Positions 1 through 9,181 of a stretch of DNA of 64,000 bases are shown here, in pieces (the stretch's first letter is position 1; each line of letters starts with the position of its first letter). Origin of the DNA: Candidatus Woesearchaeota archaeon (GTDB lineage Archaea; Nanobdellota; Nanobdellia; Woesearchaeales; UBA583); NCBI GenBank assembly GCA_965205335.1, contig OZ242164.1, forward strand, positions 608,001 through 672,000. The letters are read 5' to 3'. Made by a program: the position numbers and the translations under genes. The notes under the pieces are model-generated. The model had not been told where the DNA came from. It saw nothing but the letters and a program-made list of their open reading frames with translations, and did no database searches.

Positions 1-28
1 TTTAAGCAAAGCCATTATCTCTGACAAA

Positions 29-970
29 CTAAATTTTTGAAATGCAATTATTTCCCCCTTTAAGACAGCATACAAAAAAACCCTGAGTGTGTGATTTATA
101 CGGCATAAATCTAATAGATTTCTGACTCTTAATTACTGGTTGAGTTGGAAAAGGGAATTTTAATTTAGGTCTGAAATCTATTAAGGAAAAATTTTCCTTG
201 AAATATTCAACATTCTCCTCATTTTCACAAACTTCAATAGAACAAGTGGAATAAATCAAAATTCCATCTTTATTTAACATACCAGATATATTAGAAACAA
301 TATTTCTTTGAATTTTAGCCATTTTCAAAATTCCATTTAAATCTCTTTTTTTAAGCCAGTCCTCATCAGAAATCAAATTTCCACTGCACGGAACATCTGC
401 TAATATAATATCAAACCTGATATTTGTTTTGAAATCCTCTGCTTTGGATTCAATGACTTTAACATTTCTAAAACCCTGCTTCTGAACATTATTAATTAAA
501 CTTCTATGCCTCTTAATCTGAGGTTCAAGAGCAATTATTTCATATTCTATCTCATGATAATTTAACAAATCCGCAAGCTGAGTTGTTTTAGAACCAGGAG
601 AAGCGCAAGAATCAAGAATATTTATTTTTCTATCTTTTCTTTTCAGACTTTCAAAATCAATACAATTAACTGGAACTAATGAAGTTAAGTCCTGTGAATA
701 GATTTTTCCTGATAGTGCATTAACAGATGAATTAATCTTAAAGAAAGTTTTTTCAATTTTAAGACAATTATATATAAAAGTTTGTGAAAACTCGGCTCTG
801 TTATTTTTAAGAAAATTTTCAATCTCATATTTCTTAGTTTTAGACAAATTAATTCTTATATATTCATCACTTGAATATTTCCTTCTAGAATCAAGTAAAT
901 TTTTAAATGTGCCCACTCCAAATGTTTCATCATACATCTTTCTGAAATCCGTCTTAGGCTCTCTCATCAT
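29..970 (-). CDS. RsmB/NOP2 (NOL1/Sun) family RNA cytosine-C5 methyltransferase
   Basis: Motifs ILDSCASPGSKT, DIILADVPCSG and LIYSTCS. Confidence 0.9.
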   Translation of the reverse strand: MMREPKTDFRKMYDETFGVGTFKNLLDSRRKYSSDEYIRINLSKTKKYEIENFLKNNRAEFSQTFIYNCLKIEKTFFKINSSVNALSGKIYSQDLTSLVPVNCIDFESLKRKDRKINILDSCASPGSKTTQLADLLNYHEIEYEIIALEPQIKRHRSLINNVQKQGFRNVKVIESKAEDFKTNIRFDIILADVPCSGNLISDEDWLKKRDLNGILKMAKIQRNIVSNISGMLNKDGILIYSTCSIEVCENEENVEYFKENFSLIDFRPKLKFPFPTQPVIKSQKSIRFMPYKSHTQGFFVCCLKGGNNCISKI

Positions 971-1071
971 ATTTATCTGAAATAAAACACCAATTATAAA
1001 GTTTTAGTTCAAAAATCAAATACAATATTTATAGAAATACACTTACTAAGAGTTCATATACTATTCATTAA

Positions 1072-1122
1072 ATTGAAGATAGTTAGCATAGATTTTGGAA
1101 AAAACAATTTTCGGACAGAGCC
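1072..1122. mobile_element. Truncated half-copy of the 128-bp MITE family found at 56537 and 57497
   Basis: ATAGTTAGCATAGATTTTGGAAAAAACAATTTTCGGACAGAGCC matches one end of those MITEs; the other end is absent. Confidence 0.85.
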
Positions 1123-1166
1123 TTTTAAATAAAAGTTTTATAAATCAAAGTTTCTTAGTTTTACTT

Positions 1167-1634
1167 ATGACAGATTTAAAAGAAAAAATTATTGAAGTTC
1201 TAAGAGATGTATATGACCCAGAAATTCCCGTTAATGTGTACGATTTAGGTTTAATCTATGAAATAAATATAAAAGAGGATTCATCTGTTCACATCCTAAT
1301 GACTTTAACATCCCCTACATGTCCAACAGCAGAATATATTCAGACTATGATTGAGGATGCAATTAAAACAATTTCTGATGTCAAGGATGTAGAAATTGAA
1401 CTAACATTTACGCCTGCATGGACTCCTGATAGAGTTTCTATGGATGCGAAAGAAGAATTAGGACTTGGAGATGTTCAATCACAGGACAATTTAGCAGTTC
1501 AGTCAGTATACGGAGATGATAGTGTTTGTTCAAAGTGCAATATTTCAAGTGATAAGAAAATTCTTCTAAAAGCAGTTTGTGACAATAAAGAGATTTTGAT
1601 TTGTAATGATTGTCTTGTTAAACAAGAGAAGTAA
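1167..1634 (+). CDS. sufT: SufT/PaaD (DUF59) Fe-S cluster assembly protein with C-terminal CxxC...CxxC tail
   Basis: VYDPEIPVNVYDLGLIY and MTLTSPTCP motifs; start moved to ATG 1167 because the TTG at 1095 lies inside the MITE remnant. Confidence 0.85.
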   Translation: MTDLKEKIIEVLRDVYDPEIPVNVYDLGLIYEINIKEDSSVHILMTLTSPTCPTAEYIQTMIEDAIKTISDVKDVEIELTFTPAWTPDRVSMDAKEELGLGDVQSQDNLAVQSVYGDDSVCSKCNISSDKKILLKAVCDNKEILICNDCLVKQEK

Positions 1635-1701
1635 CTTATTTAGGAACGATAAATTTATAAATATCAAAGCATATATATTATTATCTACTTTAATACTAAA
1701 A

Positions 1702-2289
1702 ATGAATATTGACATAACTAAAATTAATATTGGTGAAATATCTCAGGTAATAAAAAGAGGAATATCGTCATATTATTTATGTGAGGAAGGTAATATTGAG
1801 AATTTTGTAAATATTAAAGATATTCAAAATGGAGTTATAAATATGGAATTCGTTGAAAGAGTTAAGATTAAAATTACAAATTCAACTAAAAATTCACAAT
1901 TAGAAGTTGGAGATTTGGTTTTAGCAGTCAAAGGCTCTAATTATAAGTGTGGTTTAGTTGATGAAAATTCAGAAGGTTCATATATTAGCAGTAATTTAAT
2001 TGCAATTAAACTTAAACATCAATACAATTCTGAACTCGTTTTGGAATATTTGAACAGTTCTTTTGGTCAAAAGGAATTAAATATAAGAGCAAGTGGCAAC
2101 TTTCAAAAATCATTATCTATTAAGTCCATCTTAGATATTGAGATACCTATTTTTCCTAAAGATAAGGAAAATGTATTAGTTAAGTTTTTTGAGTTAAGTA
2201 AGAAGTTAGTTAAATTAAATATGCAAGAGTTAAAGTTAAGAAGCAAGTTAAATAATGAGATAATTGGAGAGGTTTTAAAAAATGATTGA
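1702..2289 (+). CDS. Half-size (single TRD) type I R-M specificity subunit-like protein
   Basis: GDLVLA, SSNLIAIK, YLNSSFGQ and ILDIEIPI motifs followed by a coiled-coil tail; overlaps the hsdM start. Confidence 0.75.
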   Translation: MNIDITKINIGEISQVIKRGISSYYLCEEGNIENFVNIKDIQNGVINMEFVERVKIKITNSTKNSQLEVGDLVLAVKGSNYKCGLVDENSEGSYISSNLIAIKLKHQYNSELVLEYLNSSFGQKELNIRASGNFQKSLSIKSILDIEIPIFPKDKENVLVKFFELSKKLVKLNMQELKLRSKLNNEIIGEVLKND

Positions 2290-3781
2290 AAATACACTAA
2301 CAGATGAACAGTTAAAAAGCAAAGTATGGCAGGCGGCAGATATATTAAGAGGTTCTATTGATTCATCAGATTATAAGAACTATATTTTCGGATTTTTATT
2401 CTTAAAAAGGTTGTCTGATGTTTTTGAAGAGAAAGTGCAGAAGATTTTAGATGAAGGAGAGAGTAAAGGTGTTGCATATGATCCTGATGAACACAAATTC
2501 TTTGTTCCCGAAAAAGCAAGATGGAAAAATATTAAGAAACAGCCTTCACAAATTGGTGATTATCTAAACAAAGTTGCAGCAGAGTTGGAGGATGAAAACA
2601 AATCATTGGACGGAGTTCTCAAAACTATTGATTTTAACAGCGAGCAGTTAGGAGATGTAAAGCAGAGAGATTCTACTTTATTGCAGTTAGTTCAGCACTT
2701 TTCAGCAATTCCTTTGAGAAATTCTGATATACACAGAGCTGACGCTTTAGGAGATGTATATGAGTATTTAATTGAGAAATTCGCTGATGATTCCGGAAAG
2801 AAAGGTGGAGAGTTTTATACACCAAAGGAAGTCGTTAAATTGATAGTTGAATTGTTAGACCCAAAAGAAGGAATGAGAATTTGCGACCCCACCTGCGGTT
2901 CTGGTGGTATGCTAATTGAAAGTGCTCATCATATTAAGGAAAGCAAAGGTAACGAACATAATATTTCTTTGTTTGGACAGGAAAAGAATGTCGGAACTTG
3001 GAGTATATGCAAGATGAATATGCTTTTGCATAATCTTCCCGATGCAGATATTAGAAAAGGAGATACTATTCGTGAGCCTAAATTATTATCTGACGGGCAG
3101 TTAGTATTGTTTGATAGAGTAATCGCCAATCCTCCTTTCTCCTTGGACAGATGGGGTATTGAAACCGCTCAAAATGATGGCTTTGGAAGGTTCATTTATG
3201 GAATACCTCCCAAGTCCAAAGGGGACTTTGCGTTTATTGAGCATATGATTGCAACAACTAATCAGGATGGAATGGTTGGAGTTGTAGTTCCTCACGGAGT
3301 TTTATTTAGAGGAGCATCTGAAGGAAGAATAAGGACTAATTTTATTGAAAAAGATTTAATTGAGGCTGTTGTTGGATTGCCTTCAAATCTGTTTTATGGC
3401 ACAGGCATTCCTGCCGCAATTTTAGTGTTTAACAAATCCAAGTCTGCAGACAGAAGAAATAAGGTATTGTTCATTGATTCATCGCAGAATTTTGAAAGCG
3501 GAAAAAATCAGAATAAGTTAAGAAGCAGTGATATTTCTAAAATTGTTAATGCATTTAAGGATTATAAGACTATTGATAAGTATTCAAGAGTTGTAGAGAT
3601 TAAAGAGATTAAAGAGAATGATTACAATTTGAATATTTCAAGATATGTTGATACAACGCCAGAGGAAGAGCCCATTGACATTAAGGCGACTATAAAGGAG
3701 TTGAATGATATTGAGAAAGAGAAAGCAGAAGTAGAAAAAGAGATGAACAAATATTTAGAAGAGTTGGGATTTAAGAGGTGA
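2282..3781 (+). CDS. hsdM: Type I R-M N6-adenine methyltransferase subunit
   Basis: WQAADILRG, GEFYTP, DPTCGSGG, ANPPF, PHGVLFRG. Confidence 0.97.
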   Translation: MIENTLTDEQLKSKVWQAADILRGSIDSSDYKNYIFGFLFLKRLSDVFEEKVQKILDEGESKGVAYDPDEHKFFVPEKARWKNIKKQPSQIGDYLNKVAAELEDENKSLDGVLKTIDFNSEQLGDVKQRDSTLLQLVQHFSAIPLRNSDIHRADALGDVYEYLIEKFADDSGKKGGEFYTPKEVVKLIVELLDPKEGMRICDPTCGSGGMLIESAHHIKESKGNEHNISLFGQEKNVGTWSICKMNMLLHNLPDADIRKGDTIREPKLLSDGQLVLFDRVIANPPFSLDRWGIETAQNDGFGRFIYGIPPKSKGDFAFIEHMIATTNQDGMVGVVVPHGVLFRGASEGRIRTNFIEKDLIEAVVGLPSNLFYGTGIPAAILVFNKSKSADRRNKVLFIDSSQNFESGKNQNKLRSSDISKIVNAFKDYKTIDKYSRVVEIKEIKENDYNLNISRYVDTTPEEEPIDIKATIKELNDIEKEKAEVEKEMNKYLEELGFKR

Positions 3782-3785
3782 TAAT

Positions 3786-5129
3786 ATGAGAAAGAAAGAT
3801 ATTCTTAAATTAATTGAAACTGGAGAAGGTTATAAATTGGAGTTTAAGGAGACTTTTAGTAGTTCTATCGGAAAGGAAGTTTGCGCTTTTGCAAATGCAT
3901 CAGGAGGTAAGATTATTCTGGGAGTTAGAGATGATAATACAATTAGAGGTTGCTCATTAAATAATTCAGAATTTTCACGAATACAAGATATTGCACGAAA
4001 TATAGAACCTTCTTTTAATGTTAGCATTGAACAGGTTGATGATTTAGTTGTTATTGATGTTTCAGAGGGCAAAGAGAAACCTTATTCTGTTAATGGGCAT
4101 TTTTATATTCGTCAGGGGGCAAACTCCCAGAAGTTAAGAAGAGACGAAGTAAGAGGTTTTTTTCAAAGAGAGAATTTAATCAGGTTTGATAATAAAGCAA
4201 ATCCTGATTTTGATATTAGAAATGATTTTGACAGGGAAAAATTTAAAGCATTTGTTCAGAAATTAGGAGTTGATAAATCATTACCACAGAAGAATTTGTT
4301 GCAGAATTTAGGTTTAGTAACCGATGGAAAATTAAATAATACAGGGGTTTTGTTTTTTTCGCATAGAATTTCAAAGTTCTTTCTTAATTCTGTTATTTGT
4401 TGCGTTTTGTATGATGGCAGAACAAAGACAAAGATTTTAGACAAGAAAGAATATGATGGGGATTTTGTTTCAAACTTTAATGATGCTGTGCTTTTTGTTC
4501 TGAGAAACCTCAGAACTGAATTTGTCATTGAGAAGATTGAGCGGGAGGAAAAAGAAGAGATTCCAGAAAATGCTTTAAGGGAGTTGATTATTAATGCAAT
4601 GGCACACAGGGATTATTTTTCAGAAGGACGCATATTAATTGAGATTTTTTCAGATAATGTTAAAATATCAAATCCCGGCAGTTTGTTGTTTGATAAAAAA
4701 GATTTTGGGAAAAGGAGTCTTTCAAGAAATCCCTTAATTGTTGATATAGCCCACAGATTAAAATTTGTTGAGCGTTTAGGTTCAGGTATTGAGAGAGTCA
4801 GAGAGATTTTAAAAGACAGAGTTAAATTTGAGATAAGTTCAGATTGGTTTGAGGTTATAATTAAGAGAAGGCAGATAAGAATTATTGCAGAAGAAACAGA
4901 GAATTACAGAAAGAGTTCACCAAAAGTTCATCAAAAAAGTTCACCAAAAATAATTGAGTTAATGAGAGAAAATCCTAATATAACAATAACAGAACTTTCC
5001 CTGATTATTGGAATAACAGAGAGGGGAATAAAGAAGAATATTGCTAAATTAAAACAGGAAGGAATAATAAAAAGAGTTGGTTCATACAGGGCTGGTTATT
5101 GGAAAGTATTGGGGGATAATAAAAAATGA
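3786..5129 (+). CDS. AlbA_2 (Schlafen-like) domain + HATPase_c_4 + wHTH protein (RecG-like regulator family)
   Basis: GEGYKLEFKE, AFANASGG, ALRELIINAMAHRDY, SRNPLI, ERLGSG and a C-terminal HTH. Confidence 0.88.
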   Translation: MRKKDILKLIETGEGYKLEFKETFSSSIGKEVCAFANASGGKIILGVRDDNTIRGCSLNNSEFSRIQDIARNIEPSFNVSIEQVDDLVVIDVSEGKEKPYSVNGHFYIRQGANSQKLRRDEVRGFFQRENLIRFDNKANPDFDIRNDFDREKFKAFVQKLGVDKSLPQKNLLQNLGLVTDGKLNNTGVLFFSHRISKFFLNSVICCVLYDGRTKTKILDKKEYDGDFVSNFNDAVLFVLRNLRTEFVIEKIEREEKEEIPENALRELIINAMAHRDYFSEGRILIEIFSDNVKISNPGSLLFDKKDFGKRSLSRNPLIVDIAHRLKFVERLGSGIERVREILKDRVKFEISSDWFEVIIKRRQIRIIAEETENYRKSSPKVHQKSSPKIIELMRENPNITITELSLIIGITERGIKKNIAKLKQEGIIKRVGSYRAGYWKVLGDNKK

Positions 5130-5914
5130 TAGAGTACATAAAGTTATTTTTTGGGAAGCATTGGAAATTGGTTTTGGTTTTTGTAATTGGAGTTATCATT
5201 ACTTTCAGTATAATGTCTCATTTTCATCAAAAAGATATTGACATAAAGGATAGTACCATAGAAATAAAAGATAGCACTATAGAAAATTTGAAAGAACAAC
5301 ATCAGAAAGATATAGATATAAAAGATAGCACCATAAAAAGTCTGGAAGTTCAGAATAATAATTTATCTTATCAAATTGGATATGTAAAAGAAGAAAGTTT
5401 AGAATGTAAAATTGAATTCGGAGACTTTGATTTATCAAATAACAACATAATAAATTTTTCCACTCAAAAAGATTTAAATTTCAGTTGTATAGAGAAAGAT
5501 GTTGTAATTGATAAACTAATTGATAAAACTAATTCACAAGATGAAAGTTTGAGGATTTCAGAAAATAAGAATCAAGTTCTTGAAGAAGAAAATAACCAAT
5601 TATCAAACGAGAACTCAGATTTAAAAAGTAAAATTGGAATTGAGAAGAATTTCTTAAATAGTACAATCACGATTAATAATCTTAAAACATATGAAGCAGA
5701 AAATGGAAAATTCGCAATTACTGTAACAGGTATATTTAATGGGCAAACATCATTGAAAATTAATGGCAAGGACTTTAATAACTTAGGCAGAGGAACTCAA
5801 ATAAATTTCACTTACAAAAACCAAGAATACATTTTGAGAATAAACGAGATTTATGGTGAGTCAGCATATCATAATCAAAATTACATAATTATTAGGATTA
5901 TTAAAAATGACTAA
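5126..5914 (+). CDS. Membrane-anchored coiled-coil protein of unknown function
   Basis: N-terminal hydrophobic helix, duplicated HQKDIDIKDSTI, ATGA coupling to the upstream gene. Confidence 0.7.
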   Translation: MIEYIKLFFGKHWKLVLVFVIGVIITFSIMSHFHQKDIDIKDSTIEIKDSTIENLKEQHQKDIDIKDSTIKSLEVQNNNLSYQIGYVKEESLECKIEFGDFDLSNNNIINFSTQKDLNFSCIEKDVVIDKLIDKTNSQDESLRISENKNQVLEEENNQLSNENSDLKSKIGIEKNFLNSTITINNLKTYEAENGKFAITVTGIFNGQTSLKINGKDFNNLGRGTQINFTYKNQEYILRINEIYGESAYHNQNYIIIRIIKND

Positions 5915-5966
5915 AACAAATGAAAACACTATTCCAAACTGTTGGCAAAAAGCAAAATCAAGATAA
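5907..5966 (+). pseudogene. Remnant of a displaced hsdS 5' end (19 codons)
   Basis: Encodes MTKTNENTIPNCWQKAK, compared with MTQTNENTIPEDWQEVK at the hsdS start (7808). Confidence 0.8.
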
Positions 5967-5974
5967 AAGAGAAA

Positions 5975-7066
5975 ATGGCAAGCACAACAAATAAACTGCA
6001 AACTAAGGATTTGATAAGATTTAAGCATATGTTTAAATTATTAGACATCTTTAGTTTTGTAATTACTAATTTTATTTTTTTTATAATTATTCTTTACTTT
6101 TACGATTTGAATATAAATCCCTTGCATCTTGCATTCTTGATAAACCTTTTAATTTTTATCATGATTTTAATCCTCAATTTTATCTTGCTAAAACCAGAAC
6201 ATATCTTGTTATGGAAAAATTCTAAAAAGTATTTCGGTTTTATTCCATCATTAAATAAATTAGAAAGAAAAAACAGAAAATTTTTAAGCAGTTTCCATAT
6301 TATCACATTGTTAATAATTATCACTAGAACTCTTTTCTTTGAAATCTTAAGAAATTTTTTTATAATTACAATAATTTGGAGTTCTATCCTATTGCTATTG
6401 TACTTTTTGGGAATTTATGTAATAAATCAAAATATAGGATATGAAGCCTTCATATATCTAATCACTGCAATTGGGATTTTTTCTGGAATATTCCAATTTT
6501 ATTTTAAAGATTATAAAAACGAAGAGAAAAACAGAGTTCTTTTAATTATTCAAAATTATTTGAAAGAGAAAATTAAATTGGTTTCACAAGAAGAATTCTT
6601 AGAATATCTTAGTGAGAAAAACTCAAAATTGCACAACACTTTCAAAGATAAATGTAGAGATAATGTCGCTTATAATCAGAATAGAAACAATACTCTTTAT
6701 CTTTCATTTCCCAATTATAAAAACTTTAATATTGTGATGAAAGAAATGGAAAATGGCGATAAAGAGGAATTTACTAATCATTTAAACAATTTTTTTGAAG
6801 AAAGATTTAATGAGGTTAAGGGAGACTTAGAAAAAGATTTTAAAACTGAGGAACTTATGGAATTAAGAGTACGTATCCTCACAATAATAACATTTTTAGA
6901 TGACGCATTAGTTACTTTTCTAAATACAGAATTCAACTTGACAAAAAATCAGGAGAAAAACGAGAAATATGAGGACTATTTAAGCACTTTTATTACAGAA
7001 ATATATGAGTGCCTCTTTGATTATTTCTTACTTGGAGAAAACACAAATAAAGAGGAGAAAAAATAA
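5975..7066 (+). CDS. Multi-pass membrane protein with soluble C-terminal domain, unknown function
   Basis: About five hydrophobic segments in the N-terminal half; ATG at 5975. Confidence 0.7.
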   Translation: MASTTNKLQTKDLIRFKHMFKLLDIFSFVITNFIFFIIILYFYDLNINPLHLAFLINLLIFIMILILNFILLKPEHILLWKNSKKYFGFIPSLNKLERKNRKFLSSFHIITLLIIITRTLFFEILRNFFIITIIWSSILLLLYFLGIYVINQNIGYEAFIYLITAIGIFSGIFQFYFKDYKNEEKNRVLLIIQNYLKEKIKLVSQEEFLEYLSEKNSKLHNTFKDKCRDNVAYNQNRNNTLYLSFPNYKNFNIVMKEMENGDKEEFTNHLNNFFEERFNEVKGDLEKDFKTEELMELRVRILTIITFLDDALVTFLNTEFNLTKNQEKNEKYEDYLSTFITEIYECLFDYFLLGENTNKEEKK

Positions 7067-7067
7067 A

Positions 7068-7811
7068 ATGAGTTCTGAGAATAAATTGAAGGAGAAGAAG
7101 AAGAAGGAATGTGGAAATTATTATGATTGGTTATGTGGTGATGAAGATTTAGAAAGGGTAAAATTCTCTGAAAATATATCTGAAGAAGATATTGAAAAAA
7201 TCAAATTTTTATTTAGAAACTGTTGTTATAATAAAAACAGATTTGAGGAAGAATTTAATAGAGATGAAGGCTGGAAGTTTGACAAAGGATTTTTTAAACA
7301 TAACAATCTTAAACTTAAAGCACAAATTCCATTTACAATGTGGGCAGATATTCACGTTTTTGAGTTTAATTCTTTCTTGTTTAATGTTTCAAGATTAATA
7401 AATTTTTTAGTTAAAGTAGAATTGGAAATGGAAAGCATAGATACTAAGAGAACTCCCACAATTAATGAACTCTTAAATGAGAAAAGGAAAGCGAAATTCA
7501 AATCATTCAAACTTTATGATTTTTTTAAGGAAGAAAATGAGAAATGGGTAAGATTTCTAAACAATTTGAGGAATGAAATTACTCATAAGGAAATAGAGAG
7601 AAAATTAGAAGGTTATTACAAATTAGATGTTAGGATGGACAAGAAAAGTGATGAATTGGTAGTTAAGCAAGAAAAAATCTTTGAAGTAAAGAAATACAAC
7701 ATAGACAATTTGAAAGTTTATATAAATATGAGTTTGAATAATCTTACATATTTAATAAATGAATTTATGAACAGGATAGAAGTAAATTATCAAATCAAAA
7801 ATAAGAAATGA
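7068..7811 (+). CDS. HEPN-domain protein (Cthe_2314-like), putative RNase
   Basis: RxxxxH motif LRNEITH in a helical context, with upstream FEFNSFLFN helix. Confidence 0.6.
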   Translation: MSSENKLKEKKKKECGNYYDWLCGDEDLERVKFSENISEEDIEKIKFLFRNCCYNKNRFEEEFNRDEGWKFDKGFFKHNNLKLKAQIPFTMWADIHVFEFNSFLFNVSRLINFLVKVELEMESIDTKRTPTINELLNEKRKAKFKSFKLYDFFKEENEKWVRFLNNLRNEITHKEIERKLEGYYKLDVRMDKKSDELVVKQEKIFEVKKYNIDNLKVYINMSLNNLTYLINEFMNRIEVNYQIKNKK

Positions 7812-9022
7812 CTCAAACAAATGAAAACACTATCCCAGAAGATTGGCAAGAAGTTAAATTGAACGAAATAATAAAGATTAAAAAGGGGAAAACCCAAAGT
7901 CCTCTTTTTGATAATAAGGTTGATAGTTCATTACCTCATATTTTAGTTGAATCTTTTGATGGAAATTATAAAAGATTTACAACTTCAAAAAATGGAGTCT
8001 TATGTTCAAAAAATGAAATATTAACTATCTGGGATGGTTCAAGATTTGGCTTAGTCGCAAAAAATTTAGAAGGGTATGTAGGTTCAACTATTGGAATCTT
8101 AACACCCATTAATAACTTAAATAAAGACTATCTTTACTATTTTTTAGAGGAAAATTATAATAATATTAGAAAGACCACAGCTGGAAGTGGAATTCCGCAT
8201 ATAGATAAAAATTACTTATTAAGTTTAAAGATTTGTTTGTTTTCCATAAAAAAACAGCAAAAGATAGCGTCTATATTAACAAGTGTTGATGATTTAATAG
8301 AACAAACACAAAGAACACTTGAAAACAATCAAGTTTTAAAAAAAGGATTAATGAATGAATTATTAACAAAAGGAATAGGACACAAAGAATTTAAAAAAAT
8401 AAAATTAGGATTAAAGGAAATTGAAACACCCATTGATTGGGGAATTATGAATTTCGGAGAATTTACAAAAATGATTTCTAAAAAAAATACAGATAAACAA
8501 ATAACTAATGTTGTTTCTGTGACTAAATATGATGGTATTGTTGATTCATTAGAATATTTTAAGAAACAAGTTTATAGTAAAGAACTAGGAGTATATAAAA
8601 TAATTAAAAAATATCAATTTGCTTATGCAACAATTCATCTTGAAGAGGGTTCAATAGGTTATTTAGATATTTATGATGAAGCAGTTTTAAGTCCTATGTA
8701 TACTGTTTTTGAATTAGATAAATCTAAGGTAAATAGAAATTTTTTCTTTGCATTATCAAAATCAAATACTTTAATGCGTATCTATAATAGAATTGGTGAA
8801 GGGACAGTTGACAGAAGAAAATCAATACCTTTTGAATTATATAGTAAAATAGAAATTCCAATCCCACCAATTAAAGAACAAAAACAAATTTCACAAATCC
8901 TTCAAACAATAGATAATAAAATAGAATTGGAACAAAAAAAGAAACAATACTTACAAAGACTAAAAAAAGGATTAATGCAACAATTATTAACAGGTAAAAT
9001 AAGAGTGGAGGTGAAAGAATGA
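7808..9022 (+). CDS. hsdS: Type I R-M specificity subunit (two TRDs)
   Basis: IPEDW, QQKIASIL, LKKGLMNELLTKGIGH, PPIKEQKQI, LKKGLMQQLLTGKIRV. Confidence 0.95.
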   Translation: MTQTNENTIPEDWQEVKLNEIIKIKKGKTQSPLFDNKVDSSLPHILVESFDGNYKRFTTSKNGVLCSKNEILTIWDGSRFGLVAKNLEGYVGSTIGILTPINNLNKDYLYYFLEENYNNIRKTTAGSGIPHIDKNYLLSLKICLFSIKKQQKIASILTSVDDLIEQTQRTLENNQVLKKGLMNELLTKGIGHKEFKKIKLGLKEIETPIDWGIMNFGEFTKMISKKNTDKQITNVVSVTKYDGIVDSLEYFKKQVYSKELGVYKIIKKYQFAYATIHLEEGSIGYLDIYDEAVLSPMYTVFELDKSKVNRNFFFALSKSNTLMRIYNRIGEGTVDRRKSIPFELYSKIEIPIPPIKEQKQISQILQTIDNKIELEQKKKQYLQRLKKGLMQQLLTGKIRVEVKE

Positions 9023-9180
9023 ACAAAGAACCCTACATAGTCATCCCATACTCTATCCAGAGAAATCATATAACTTATAGGACTTACTCCTTATCTATTA
9101 TAAACATCTATTTAATAATAAGTCTATGGACAAGACTTATAGAAGAAGAAAGTTTAGAAATTATAAAGAGGTTAAAATAA
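9019..9180 (+). CDS. 53-aa ORF filling the hsdS-hsdR gap, unknown function
   Basis: ATGA overlap with the hsdS stop, GGAGGTGA upstream, ends 1 nt before the hsdR ATG. Confidence 0.4.
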   Translation: MNKEPYIVIPYSIQRNHITYRTYSLSIINIYLIISLWTRLIEEESLEIIKRLK

Positions 9181-9181
9181 A

